From: Gekko japonicus
Taxonomy: Eukaryota
Reading direction: 5' to 3'
Assembly: GCF_001447785.1 (NCBI RefSeq)
Contig: NW_015165300.1
Location: 1-64,000, forward strand
Length of the DNA stretch: 64,000 nt
In this document: piece by piece, positions 1-26,700 of the stretch
Position numbering within the stretch: position 1 is the first letter of the stretch
Layout: each line of letters opens with the position of its first letter
Program-made: the position numbers and the translations under genes
Notes under the pieces: generated by a model
Told to the model about the DNA's origin: nothing
The model's database searches: none
Seen by the model: only the letters and a program-made list of their open reading frames with translations

Positions 1-1949
1 AGACACACACCCCAGTCGAGAAGCCAGGGCAGCACCAGAGCAAAGAGAACTGTGTCCATTCCAGAGTGAGTCAGTCCGACTAGGCCGGGTGCCTGGTGGG
101 CAGCCCAGACAAGGTCCTCCCCCTAGGGACCCCCATCCCTCCCAGTTCTGCAGCTGAAGCCCCCCAGTGGCCAGCCAGGCAGCCCCAGGAGGAGGAGGAG
201 GTGGGGGCCACTGCACCGCCAGGGCTCGGCTGGCTTGAGAGGCGATTGGCATCCCCTCCCGAGGCCCAAGACGTTGCTGGCCGGAGCCGGTGCTGCAGAC
301 TGGCAGCGGCACAAAGCACCTCGAAGCTACAGGTGGGGACGTGCCGAGCCAGCAGGCGCGCTCTGTAGGACGCAAAACAGCCCGTCGTATCTTTTCTGAA
401 GACCCAGCAGCACACGATACAGAAGGGCGTGCCAGTTTTTGAGGTCACCAGAAGTCTTCCTCAGGAAGCTGTTGCAATTCTCGGGCACGCAGGGCTCCTC
501 CTCAGGAAGGACACCTTCCTCCCTTGCGGCAGCCTGGCCACACCAGCGGATCGGGCCTGTGCCTGGGGAGGAACGCTGGAACTCCTCTGAGCGGGCCACA
601 TTCGGATTGCGCTGCCTGCACACACGGGAAAGAGCCGGGTTTGCCTTTGAGTCACCAGCAAGTGGGGACCGATCGCGCCTGTGGACACCCCAGCTGCTTG
701 CAGGGGAGAAATTAACCGGAGGGTTGGACTCCTCGGGCCTGGCTGGTTCTGCTGCAGCACAGCATGGCCACCCTCTGAAACTGTCTCTGGGGTCAGGGAA
801 CTTCAACCCCCCCCCCCGGGTCCCTCCCCCTCCCCGCCTTTCCGGGTCTGGGTCTGCTCTCTGGCCAGCCGGAGAGAACACCACTGTGGCAATCCCCCCC
901 CCCATCCCCCCCAAAGCCCCGCATCTCTTCCAGGGCTCTGCACCAACCCTTGCCCTTTAGGTCTCATGCAAATCCAAGTGACTGTCAGCCAATCAGAGCC
1001 CGGGAACTCCACCAGATGGGAGGAAACAATTCCTTCATAGAGTGGGCACTTCCTCAGATACACTGACTTCCTCGAGCCTTTGTCAAACCTTGCTTCGCCA
1101 CGCCTTCTGGGGTTGCCATAGTTATGGGGGACGGAATTCCTGCAAGTAGGGTGGTGAGTGAATAAGTGAAGTCATAACTTTGCTTTAGAAGTCATAACTT
1201 CCCTTGCAAGATGTGCCTCCTCTCCCTCTTTACCAGGGAGAGGTGTCCTTGAAAGCTTTTTGGTACCAGCTTGAGCAGTAGATAACCAAGCCCTATATTT
1301 TCCCACTTGGTTGAGACGGCAACGCTAGGCGTGGGGTGTCTGAATGACGTATGCTTGAGGAAGGAAGGGGCTTTTATTTGATTTACCTATAATAAGCTTG
1401 TACCCGCCAAAAGTCTTTAGTTCTAACACAAGTGATGTTCTGGATCATGCATACCTCTCAATATCACTGCCAAGGAGAGAGAGAGTTGTTGAGAGTTACT
1501 TGACCAGGGATCTGACAGCTTTACATGTAGGTGTGGGGGGTGTTGGTTGCCAGGAAGGGCTACTTAGAGTAGCTCTGCAATAAATAAAGTAACTCTGCAA
1601 TAAATATAGCTAAGATTGGATTAAGGGAGTTGGTAAGACCTGTGAATAGCAGCAGATTAGCATACTGCAAAACAAAAGTTTACAAACAGATGTGAGAACT
1701 GAATAACATTCGCATGTGTGGTGACTTGAGATAAGAAAGCAATATCTCTAGACAAAATTTACTATGTTTAGAACAATATTAAGTACTTGATGTTATCCTA
1801 AGTTTATCTACATGGGACATGAGGGAAATGCATTGCGGGAAGCCTTTCGGGGGAGGGAGGGAAAAGGGAATATTCAACCAATTGATAAAAAGATGTAAAA
1901 TGTGATAAGAATGGAAAACAAAAAGTCTTTTGACCAAAAAAAAAAGAAA

Positions 1950-2260
1950 GAAAGAAATATCTCTGTTAAGTCCTGGGGGTTCCATTGTCCTGAGTTGTTG
2001 TAACTCAGCAATCTCCTGTTCTAGTCTGTTTCTAAAATACTTTTGCAATAAAACAGCCCCCGCTGAATATCCTGGAAGGCTGAAGCTTTCTCCTACAGGT
2101 TTCTCAGTTTTGTGATTCTTGATATTAGATTTGTGTCCATTGATCCGTTGGTGTAGGGCATCGTTGGGATTTAATAGTATATACCATGTTAGAAGATGAG
2201 CATCAGGACCTAACAATATCAACTACACCATCTCAGGCTCATTCACTTGCTCATTTTCTG
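1950..2260 (-). mobile_element. Penelope-like retroelement fragment (GIY-YIG endonuclease region) with an inverted 5' piece
   Basis: Minus strand encodes LHQRINGHKSNIKNHKTEKPVGESFSLPG...EIAELQ...PPGLNRD. Plus-strand 2205-2258 encodes GPNNINYTISGSFTCSFS, the adjacent upstream motif of reptile PLEs. Confidence 0.75.
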
Positions 2261-2443
2261 AGCAGGTACATGGTCCTCTAAAACAGGCGTGAGAGGTGGC
2301 AGAAGAGAGATTTCTCTCTCACACTTGGAGTGAACTGGGACCCTAATCAGTCAGAGGCCTCATTCACACAGTCTGGCACTCACATGCCTTTGAAAGCCTT
2401 TTAAACTTATCAGGAGTATTATAGTGCTGCTGGCAGGAAGTTC

Positions 2444-2624
2444 CAATGCTCCCTCTTGTGAGCAGAAATTCCACTTTGTGAGCGACTGGCATTAAAGTTG
2501 TTAGCGAGCAATTTGGCTACTGCATCAGTTAGTTTTCTCTGGAGCCCTCCTTCCTGAGCTGAGACAAAAATCTGTGAGCTGGAGGCTAAAAAACTCACAC
2601 TAACTCAGCTTAGAGGGAACACTG
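2444..2624. mobile_element. hAT-type MITE family A (TIR CAGTGTTCCCTCTAAGCT-like)
   Basis: Shares internal sequence and TIRs with the other family-A copies in the window. No clear TSD. Confidence 0.7.
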
Positions 2625-2948
2625 GGTTGGACTAGATGACCCTGGTGGTCCCTTCCAACTCTGAGATTAAATAAAGTAGAGCCCACAAAATAGCAGCCCC
2701 ATTTGGGATATTTATAAAAGGAACCATCTTTATTACAGTTGTCAGCTTCAGAGAAACTTGACTGCAGAGAGTCAGAGAGAATATGGCTTTGGCCTGTCTG
2801 GGGAACAGCTGGCAGATCTTGAAATTGGCCGTAGTCGGGGGAGCGGGGCAAACAGCCAAGGCAGGCATGGAGAGGGTGGCCAAGGCATGTGGCAAGGAGG
2901 CCCAAAGTCAGCAGCTGGGGGGGGGGGGCGGCCTTGGGGCTAGTGCCC

Positions 2949-16925
<13,977 letters not shown>

Positions 16926-17638
16926 CTGCAAAGCCGGCCGCCGTCAGGGTGCCGTGAGAGCTCTGGCCCCGCAGACCAACCCCCTCCCCCCTCCCTTGCC
17001 ATGTGGCTTCCCCTTTGCGTTTCCTGGAGCAGCAGTTCCCCAAACTCCTTCACCGGCTCCCCCCCCCCCCCATCCCCCAGCTGGGAAAGGCTGTCCTGAG
17101 GGGGCGGCCGGGGTCAGTCAGTCGGTCGGTCAGTGGCCAGGGAGGCCAAGACCGGGCAGGTGGCTCCCCCCTCCCCCCGACCTTCCCCTCCTTCCCTCGG
17201 CAAGGGGGCTGTGCCAGGCTGCCTGCCAACAAGTGGGGGCCGGGCAGCATAACTCTCTCCAGCTGGACCCAAGAACTCCCATGAGACTGGGGGGGTGGGG
17301 GGTGTAGGCGCTTTTGAGAGAGCTCTTGGGAACTCCCCCCCCCCCCAAAGATCCTGAGGGTCTCTAAGGTAGGAACGGAAACCGATCCGGCCGTTCTCCT
17401 TCCGAGCGCCGCCGTGGGGACCGTCTGGGAAGGGAGTCCCCCTGGGCCCGCCCAGCACTGCTTGGGAGAGGGGGCCGGCCCCCTCACCCTCACCCCGCCA
17501 CGGCCCCCTCAGTGGAAGAGGGGAGCCCCCCCCAATTGAACCCGTGGCCTGACCTGGTGCTGCTCCTGCATCCTGCCCCTGAGCCCGCGCTGGCCTCCTT
17601 GGCGCCTGGTGGCCGGGTCTCAAAGAAGGAAGAGGAAA

Positions 17639-17669
17639 CCTCCTCCTCCTCCTCCTCCTCCTCCTCCTC
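17639..17669. repeat. (CCT)n/(GAG)n trinucleotide repeat upstream of FES exon 2
   Basis: About 10 units seen directly. Confidence 0.85.
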
Positions 17670-18071
17670 AGCAGCAAACCCTGCAGGCGTTGCGAGATCC
17701 CCCTTCCGCTCGTGGTGTGGCTTCCCCAGGCTGAGGCCGGCGGAGGGGCCGAGGAGCCAGGCGATGGAGGGAGCCAAGCACCTGAAGCGGCCCTCCCCAC
17801 GGAGGACCAGAAGGACCTGTGGCTTGGCAGCTGGCAGCTGCCCACCCCCACCTCTTCCCAAGCCCAGAGACATGACTGCCCAGGAGGTTCACCGGTGGCT
17901 GCGGTGCCGCTAACCAGGTGAGGCGCCACTGACAGGGCTGGCAGGCCTCTGTTCCTTCCCAATCCCAAGAGCCGGACGACTCTACGGTTGAACTGCCCGC
18001 TGAGTCCCTGCCAGCCACCATCCGCCCACCCGGCCCGGCCCAGCCCTGCTCCTCCTGCCCTGGAGAGCCAG

Positions 18072-18750
18072 CTGGAGCGTGTCCAGAGGAGGGCAGCGAA
18101 GACGGTGCGGTGCGGGGCCTCTGGAGACCAAGTCCTGTGAGGGAAGGCTGAAGGAGCTGGGGATGTCTAAGCCTGGAGTGGAGACGACTGAGAGGGGATA
18201 GGATCACCACCTTCAAGTAGTACCTGGAGGGCTGTCGTCTGGAGGATGGGGCGGGGTTGTTTTCTGTTGCCCCAGAAGGTCGGACCACAACCAGCAGGTC
18301 GAGATTAAATCAGAAGAGTCTTCGGCTAAACCTTAAGAAGAACTTCCTGACAGTTAGAGCGGTTCCTCAGTGGAACTGGCCTTCTCGGGAGGAGGTGGTG
18401 GGCTCTCCTTCTTGGGAGGTTTCCAAGCAAGGTGGCCCCACCTGACAGCAAGGCTGATTCTGTGAACCTGGGCAGAGAGGGAGGGCAGGGAGGGTTGCCT
18501 CAGTGCTCAGTTCTCTTGTGGCCCTTTCTGACACGCCCGGGGAAATGCCGATCGCCACTTTGGGGCCAGGAAGCAATCTTCTCCAGGCCATTTTTGGCCG
18601 GGGATCCTGGAGGCTTGTTGCCGTCTTCTGGGCATGCAGCAGGGGTCGCTGGGGGTGTGGAGGGAGAGGTAGTTGTGAAGTTCCTGCCTCATGCAGTGGG
18701 GGGGGTGTGTGTGTGGATTAGACGACCTTTTCAACTCTTTGATTCTGTTT
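18072..18750 (+). mobile_element. CR1 LINE 3' fragment
   Basis: LERVQRRAAK...RRLRGDRITTFK; aagaacttcctgacagttagagcggttcctcagtggaac; ends with ttcaactctttgattctg. Confidence 0.8.
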
Positions 18751-19639
18751 CCTGGGCATGGATCAACCTAGAAAGCGGTTCCAGGCTGGTTGTAATGCAA
18801 AGGCTGAGAGTGAGCAGAGCGGCTGAGCTGAGCTGTCCCAGGCCTCCTCCTCGTCCCTCTGCACGGAGACAACGAAGAAGGCAGACTCTGAGGGGAGACC
18901 TCTTCCTTCCTCCCTCCCTCCTGGCCACAGAGACCATGAATCAGGACTTCTGGGCAATTCATCAAGGCATATTTGACACTGCGTTCACATCGGTGCAGGC
19001 AAAGACCTAGAGCCATGTTAGCACTCATTCACACACCAACCAGTCGAAAGTCTCTCAAATAATCCAAGCTCAGTGAGGGAGAACCACCCTGTCTCCAAGC
19101 CCCACCCCAACGAGATTTCCCCCTCTCTGGTCTCTAGCAGCCATCCCCAGGCCCTGGGAAGCCCCCCTTTCCCCCTTCAACTGACCAGGGAGCTGCCTGT
19201 GAGCTCTCCTGGATTCTACTCCCCAAAGCCCAGGAAAAAATGAAACCCTTTTCTCTTTCAAACACCCAAATCCAGAACCTGCCTCCAAATGAGTGGGTTT
19301 TGTTCTGCCTTGCCAGAAGCGGTGCTCGACTGTGTTGCATTGCCTCCACCCACCCCCTTCGCCGCACTATTGCTTGCCCACCACCAACGCTGTCTTGTGA
19401 GCCGAAACATCCCATTCCTGGCACATGTTGCATCTTTCCTCCTCTGTGCTGCTTGTGGTTTTCCTTTTGGGGTCCTTCATTTGGTAGGCGTTTGAGGGCT
19501 GCACCTGAAACTTGCCCGGAGAGGTAGCCATTCGCCTGGCTTCACTCTCTCGATTCACCTCCTTGGTCTCTTTCCCATTTCCCATTCCTCGATAATACAG
19601 ACTGCCCAGTTTGCATGGAAATAGACGATGGAGCATCTA

Positions 19640-20560
19640 AGAGTGAACATACTGAATCATAATCCCAGGAAGATGAAGGAAATGCTGCTTAGAAAGGCTG
19701 AGGCCTTGAAGGACATCGTACTTCCCCCTTTCGATGGGGTTCAAGCTGACCTTTGTTGACTCAGTTAAGAGCCTTGCGGTTATACTGGATCCTGCATGAC
19801 TGCTGGAGAGAAACAAGTTAATGCAGCAAAAATGCTTTTTCCCCAACTTAGTTTCACCTGGAAGATGAGCTCCCCTCAGCTGACCCAGATTCATGCCATG
19901 GTAAGATCAAGAGTATACTGTAATACACCCTACATGGGCCTGCCCTTGGAGGAAACTCAGAAACTCCAGTTGGTACAAAACGGCAGCTATAGCCATCTCC
20001 TGCACATGACGCCCATTCTGCAGTCATTCTGCACATCGATTCCTTCAAGGTCTGCTGGCAAAGCACTTCAGAGCCCTGGTCCCTGACATCTGCAGCACCG
20101 CTTCCCTTGCCGCACTCTGCACGGACAGGTTCGCATACGTCGGCAGGGCCTTCTGTAGGGGACACCCTTCAGACACGCAAAATCAGCAGCCATCCATGCA
20201 CAGACATCCCCCGTCTTCTGGAACAGGCTCTCACAGGAGATGAGGAAGGCTCCCATCCCGTGCCATGCTCCTGGCATCCTGCAACTTCTCTTAACACAGG
20301 ATTGTTCAGGCAGGCATTTGTTAGAAAGGGAAAGGAACAGTGGACTGGACCACTGTGTATCTTTAGGTGTTAACTGCTTTGCTATTCTGTTACCTTGCTT
20401 GCACTGTTTTTTGCACTGGGGAGCATGTATTGCCTAACGCATTGCTTCAGACTTCTGTAACCCTAGTGCTATTATATTGCTTATTAGATGTCTCAGTCAG
20501 CTGATTGCATTTGCCCTCATGTCATCTTCACGTCTCGGTGTGCTTCCTGAGAACTTGCGC
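19640..20560 (+). mobile_element. Degenerate L2 LINE 3' fragment
   Basis: IHAMVRSRVYCNTPYMGLPLEETQKLQLVQN resembles the L2 RT C-terminal motif SRLDYCNALYxGLP...LQLVQN. Boundaries are approximate. Confidence 0.6.
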
Positions 20561-20861
20561 TAAGAGGTTTGTCACTTTTATTTATTTTATTAGACTTTTA
20601 GCCCACCCTCCCCTGCACAGCAAGGCTCAGGGCGGGTAACAATGTGCGGGTAACAATGTCATAAATTATTTGTTTAAAACAAATTGACATAATAACAAAT
20701 CAAAATTAGAAACACACCGTGACTTAGGCACAAATAGTGTCAATATTATGAAGTTTAACTTGCTGTTCAAGTGTGCCTACCCACTGGGACGGTTTATCTC
20801 CCAATGGTACACGTCCCTCTTTCCTACAAAGTCTTTCCTTTTACTTTTTCCTGCCTCTCAG

Positions 20862-21510
20862 CAATGCTCCCTCTAAGCCAGGGGTGTCAAACAAGCGGCC
20901 CAGGGGGTGGATGAGGCCCCTGGAGGGCTTCTATCAGGCCCGCAGTAGAACTGGCTGTCTTCTGCTGCTTCTTCCAGTTCTGCTGCTGCTGCATCATTGT
21001 AGGTTTGCAGCTGACAGATACACACCTGAGCAGCGTACTCAAGATTGCAACAGCACAGACATTTTGATGCAATAATTCAGAGCAAGAGGTGTCAGTTATC
21101 AGACGCTGTTAAATAAACAAAATATTGCAAGAGAGCGCATTTTTAAGCATGTTTTTATTTTAAGTGAAAAACCCACCTTTGTGTTTGTGTCCTTTATGAA
21201 GTTTATATCTCCGCTATCTGGCGTTACCTTTTATGACACACATGGCCTGGCCCAACAAGGTCTCATTTATGTCAGATCTGGCTCTCATAACAAATGAGTT
21301 TGACACCTCAGCTCTAAGCTGTGGAGTCTTGCGAGCAAAAACTCTCCTTTGTGAGCTACTGGCATTAAAGTTGTGAGCGAACAATTTGGCTGCTGCATAA
21401 ATTAGTTTGCTCTGGAGCCATCCTTCCTGAGCTGAGACAAAAATGTTTGAGCCGGAGGCTAAAAAACTGTGAGCTAGCTCACACTAAACTCAGCTTAGAG
21501 AGAACACTCG
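20862..21510. mobile_element. MITE family A copy interrupted by a second hAT element
   Basis: caatgctccctctaagc | insertion | ctctaagctgtggagtc...agcttagagagaacac. Confidence 0.75.
20879..21311. mobile_element. hAT/Charlie-like MITE (TIR CAGGGGTGTCAAAC)
   Basis: TIRs caggggtgtcaaac / gtttgacacctcag, with a perfect 8-bp TSD CTCTAAGC at 20871-20878 and 21312-21319. Confidence 0.85.
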
Positions 21511-22188
21511 GGTGGCAGAAATCAACGTGTGCGCCTGGAGGTGGCAGGAGGGGTCGTGTGTCGACTGCAGAAAACGCAAGCGCCCCAACCGAAGAAGCGG
21601 ACCCGGACCCTTCCGAGAGCTCGCTCACTCCGAGACTCAAGGGGGGCCGAGGGGGGGCAGCCCTGCTGAAGGCTGCCACGTCAGGAAGGGCGGAAATGCC
21701 TTAATGAGACCAAAGAATACAACTTTACATGCTAACAAAGCGAAGAAAATGCATTTTGTGGTCAAGGCAGCAGAATCAGTTTAGGTTTGATAAGAAAGTA
21801 AGTACTGCATGTATGTCAGTGTCTCCCCCAAATTTGTTTCCCCCCCCCTTGGAAAATAATGGGGGGGGGGAGTTGCCGGCTTTAGTTTCCCAATCTGCAA
21901 AAAAAATTTTAAAAAAAATTACCTGTACCAAAGATACATTTTCTTCCTTATGCTTAGTCTCCACTAATGTGAAGTGGGGACCACACTGGAGAGTCTTTTT
22001 CATATTGACACACACCTGTGTTCTCAGCCGCATTTGGTTAGAAGCCCCCATTTCCAAATGCCTCCTGTACCAGCAAGGGCCGGTCATCAAGCAAGGCTTT
22101 CCCCCAACACGCAGTCCCCGAGGCCACATTTCAAGAGGTGGTGCAGAAACATTTTCCCCTCTCTCCTTCCTCCTGCAGTCGGCCTGAG

Positions 22189-22399
22189 CAAGGCTCCCTC
22201 TAAGCTGTGGAGTCCTGTGAGCAAAAATTCTACTTTGTGAGCTACAGCCATTAATGTTGTGAGCGAGTGATTGGGCTGCTGCATAAACTAATATGCTCTG
22301 GAGAGCCCCATCCTTCCTGAGCGGAGACAAAAATGTGTGAGCTGGAGGCTAAAAAACTGTGAGCTAGTTCACACTAAACTCAGCTTAGAGGGAACACTG
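22189..22399. mobile_element. MITE family A copy
   Basis: TIRs present. Degenerate TSD ggcctgag / ggcataag. Confidence 0.8.
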
Positions 22400-22475
22400 G
22401 GCATAAGCCCTGCTCAGAACGACACAGAGAACTTTTCAGGCACTCCTAGGTTTGTGTTCCAGCAGGCATTTGTGT

Positions 22476-22507
<32 letters not shown>

Positions 22508-22708
22508 TCTTCTGACATCCCTTGATTAGCAACAAGCACTTTCGATGGGTACCTGAAAGATCAATCAAGGGGCGTCACCCAAACAAAAGAAGGTCATACT
22601 AAAGGATTTGACGGTGAAAAGGAGCACCCAAAGCGAGATCAAACTCAAAAGGGCGTGCATCACATGACACGAGGACTACGAAGAGAGCTGATTTGCATAG
22701 TTCCACCA

Positions 22709-22714
22709 TTTAAT
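22709..22714 (-). terminator. Probable FURIN polyadenylation signal (ATTAAA)
   Basis: Minus strand reads gtttATTAAAtggtggaactatgcaaa about 1 kb after the stop, in an AT-rich block resembling the end of the mammalian FURIN 3'UTR (recalled). Confidence 0.5.
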
Positions 22715-23706
22715 AAACTTTAATCTCTCTAGCGTTATATCCACATCCATTAAATTAAAAAAAAATCTGGCCGCAGGAATCGGCTCCTTGCTTAAATTAC
22801 AAGAAATTTCTGTGCACCAAAAAGTCGTTATAGAAAAAGAGTCCTGGGCAGCCCCTGCCCTGCCCCCCCCACTGCAGCGCCGTGGCCGGCAGGAGGGCAA
22901 GTCTGGGGCGGGCAGCAGCAGCAGCAGGAGAGCCCAGGCCTGGCGAAAGATTGTCGTCAGAGAGGAGACGGGCTACAAGGCACATGAGGAAAGATGGAAG
23001 CTCCAGTGACTTCGGGCAGAGACAGGGAGGCGCCACCGAGGGCGGGCGGGCTCAGTGGACCGAGGGCGGCAGAGAGGCCGGGGCTTCTCCAGGGCTGCTG
23101 AGCGGGCAGGCGGCGTCGCTCCTCCGAGCCCCACGTCCAAAGGGGGGGACCCGCTCGCTCATCCGCCCCCTCTCCCAAGGCGGCAGAGATGGTGGCAAGG
23201 ACACACACGCGAGGAGCAGGGGAGGCCCAGAGGCTGGGCTGGGGGGCGGAGGGCACAAGCTCCCGCTCCTTATTGCTGGCAGGGGAGGAGGCAGCCAAGT
23301 CTGGTCTGGAGCTGGGCCTGCCGAAGACACACCTGGGTGTGGTGAGGTGGGGGGGGGCGAGGGACCGGGGGNNNNNNNNNNNNNNNNNNNNNNNNNNNNN
23401 NNNNNNNNNNNNNNNNNNNNNNNNNNNNNNNNNNNNNNNNNNNNNNNNNNNNNNNNNNNNNNNNNNNNNNNNNNNNNNNNNNNNNNNNNNNNNNNNNNNN
23501 NNNNNNNNNNNNNNNNNNNNNNNNNNNNNNNNNNNNNNNNNNNNNNNNNNNNNNNNNNNNNNNNNNNNNNNNNNNNNNNNNNNNNNNNNNNNNNNNNNNN
23601 NNNNNNNNNNNNNNNNNNNNNNNNNNNNNNNCAGAGGCCCCTCCTCCTCCCTGGGCCCCAAGGCCTCCCCCCCCCCGCTGTGCCGGGGCCCCCCCCTGCA
23701 GGCTCA

Positions 23707-26700
23707 TCAAAGAGTGCTCTGGTCCCTGATGAAGGCAGTCCGCTCCCCCTCCTCCTCCTCCTCCGGCCCCTCCTGCCAGGCCTCCGACGGAAGCCCCTTG
23801 TAGGCCACAACGCCGCCGCTCTCCAGCGAGTAGACCTTGACCCCGCGGAGGCGCAGCCCCGACCGCAGCTGCAGCACGAGGAAGACGGTGACGAAGACCA
23901 GGGCGATGAAGGCACAGCTCAGGCCGGCCACCAGGACGGGCAGGTGGGAGGGGCCCAGGCGGGAGAGCCCTGCCGCGCCTTCCCGCAGGGCGGGGGAGGC
24001 CCGGCTGCTCTGGGTCTGGTGGGAGCAGGTCTGCTCCTGGACGTTGTAGTGGGCGTGCGCCGGGCAGGACAGGCACTGGCCGGGCGCCGGCCCCAGGCAG
24101 GTGGCGCAGGACGGGTGGCAGGGCACGCAGAGGCGGGGGCTCAGGTGGGGATCGAGGCCGTTCTCCAGAGGCGGGGGCACCGTGCTGGGGGCGAAGGCGG
24201 GCGGGCACGTCTTGAGGCAGCTCTTCTGGTGGAGGTAGAACCCCTCTTCACACACTGCAAGGGGGGACACAACCAACGAGAGGGGGATGGGGACGAAGGA
24301 CCCGGACTCTTCGCGGCGGCACGAGGGGCTCTGCCGGATCGTCCCCTGTACTCACTAGGGGCAGAAGGCTCAGAGGGCGCCTTTCCACCCAACAGTCCTC
24401 CAGGCAGCCTGTGCACCCGTCGGAAGCCTCCAAAGCACAAAGGCGGCGTAGGTAAGGGCTGGTCTCTCCCCGCCCGCCCCCCCGCCTTCAGACCCACTCA
24501 AAGGCCCTATGGGAAGAGGCCGGTCTTCTGTCTGGTCATCAGAGGCCTGCACAGAACTCCTGGGAGAAGGGAGTCCATTGCCTGGGAGCCATGACGGAAC
24601 CCCCCACACACCCCGAAGGCTACGTCCCCCCTGGAAAGTGCCCAGCATACATTTCAGAGGGCGGGTGGGCTGCTATGGGTGCAGGATTCAAATGCTGCCA
24701 CGTTGAAAGAAAGTGGGCCCGTGTCCCACAGCAGGGTTTTAAAAGCCACCTCCCGATGTGAATCAGTGGGGCTGGGACCAGGGCGGGGCCGGGCTGGACA
24801 GGAGGGAGGCAGCAGCCCCTCCCCAGCAAAGCTATGCGGGGCAGGAGACCCCCCCCTCCCCGACCTTCCCTGCAAGCAGCTGAAAGGGGTGGAGGGGAGC
24901 AAACAAGGCTGGGGCTGNNNNNNNNNNNNNNNNNNNNNNNNNNNNNNNNNNNNNNNNNNNNNNNNNNNNNNNNNNNNNNNNNNNNNNNNNNNNNNNNNNN
25001 NNNNNNNNNNNNNNNNNCAGCCCGCCAGCGGAGGCCATTGCGGGGGGTGGGGGTGGGGCCCCTCAGCAGCCCGCCTCCGCTTCTCCCGACCGGCAGGGGG
25101 CCCAGAGGGTTCTGGGTGGGACAGAACTTACCCACACAAGCCTGGCCGGTAGCCAGCGTTTTGCAGCCGCCACCGCCGCTGCTCTCAAACTGGTTGGGGA
25201 GGTCCGCGGCTGTCCCGTACAGCACCAGCGTGAACTTGGTGAGGGTCCCTGTGAGCAGAACAGGGCGGGTGAGGCGGGCAGCGGGACTGCCCCATTCCCC
25301 CTTCGCCCGAGGTGCCCGCCCCCCGGATGGCGGCCCGAGGGGGGCGGGGGGGTCACAAAGCGGCCGAAAGGAGCCCGAGAGGAAAACGCCTGCCCGGAAG
25401 CTGGCCGGTTTCAGCCTACGTGGAAAGCCTCCCCTGCCCCCCGCAGAAAGGTGGCTCCGGGTGCTCTGGGCTGAGGCAGGGAGGGGGGGAGGGAGGGGGG
25501 GCCACAGCACCCAGGAGAGACAGGCCCGGCTGGCTGGCTGGCTGGCTCTTCCACTCCCACAGGCGGGGAACCGGCCAGGCCGGCTGCTCCACCTGCCCAC
25601 GCTGCCCTGCAGCCTCAGCCACGGGGATTAGAGCAGGAAGGGCTTAGCCGGCTGCCTGCTGGGGAGTGGAGCGCGCACAGCTGGCCCGCCGGAGGGGGGG
25701 CGGGGAAGACAGCAGAGGAGGACGCAGCCTGCCACAGAGCGAGAGAGAGGACACATGGCTGGCACTGCCGGGAACAGGGTGCGCAAAGGGGAGAAGGCGG
25801 ACAACCCGTACCGTAATTATTGGCTTCGCTGGTGTTTTCAATCTCCAGCACCCAGTCCCCCGCTGGGTCCTCGTCCCAGGAATGTGTCGTCATGAAAGCC
25901 CAGTCGTTGAAGCCATCAGCCGAGTAGTCGTGGGGCCTGGCCAGGGGTGGGGTGGGGTGGGGTGGAAGAGAGCAGGTGAGGCTGAGAGGCAGCTGCAAAA
26001 GGGCCGTGGAGCCTCCGTTGCAGGAGGAAGGGAGGGGGAGAGAGGGAGGGGGAGAGAGGGAGAGGTGTGGCGCAGGCAGGGGTCATTTCCCGCAGGAGCG
26101 CACAGGAGGGGAGCTCCGGCTGTGAAGAGACCAGGGGGCGGGCACATGCAAGAAGCCCCGCCCCCTGCTCCCAGCAGGCCCCAGTCAGAGCCAGAAGCAG
26201 CCAGGTCAGTTGCAGTGGGTGTTGCTTTCTGACTCACTTCTGGTGACGTCAGGGGGTGTGGCCTATGCAAATGAGTTATGCTAATGAGCCCCTGCACCTC
26301 TTTTTCTAGGAAATGACCCCTGGGGGTAGGCCTACCTGGCAGCCAGCAGCGTGGAGCGGGTGCCTGCGGGACTGATGAGGTGGATGGCCAGGTCTCCTCG
26401 CCGGTTGTAGGAAAGGGTGAGGCGGGCCTGCACGTGCTCCAGCTGGCCGATGTAGCTCGCCTTCCCCCGGCAGGCGTCCACCCGCTGGCGCACCTCCAGC
26501 CGCTTTCCAATGTCTCTGCAGAGGGAGGGAGGGAGGGAGGGAGACGGGTAAGCGCTGCCCATCAGAGGCCAGGCAGGGGAGTGGCCACGGAGCGGACCCC
26601 TCTCCCTGTGTCTGCACGAGGGCTGCGCAGGGCCTGAAGGGAGGCCCCTCGTGTGGGCAGGGCCAGTGTTCCCCCTCTCAGCTGACTTGGTGTGAGCCAG

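Noticed and set aside
80-1063. Overlapping ORFs at the window start as possible MAN2A2 exons
   Set aside because: No recognisable mannosidase or other protein motif and no consistent splice structure. MAN2A2, if adjacent, lies outside the window.
17490-17873. ATG-initiated acidic ORF as FES coding exon 1
   Set aside because: The available donors are phase 2 while the exon 2 acceptor needs phase 0. The poly-Glu comes from a microsatellite.
22882-24594. 570-aa plus-strand ORF
   Set aside because: It is the antisense shadow of the last FURIN exon and 3'UTR, spans an N gap, and is low-complexity GC-rich sequence.
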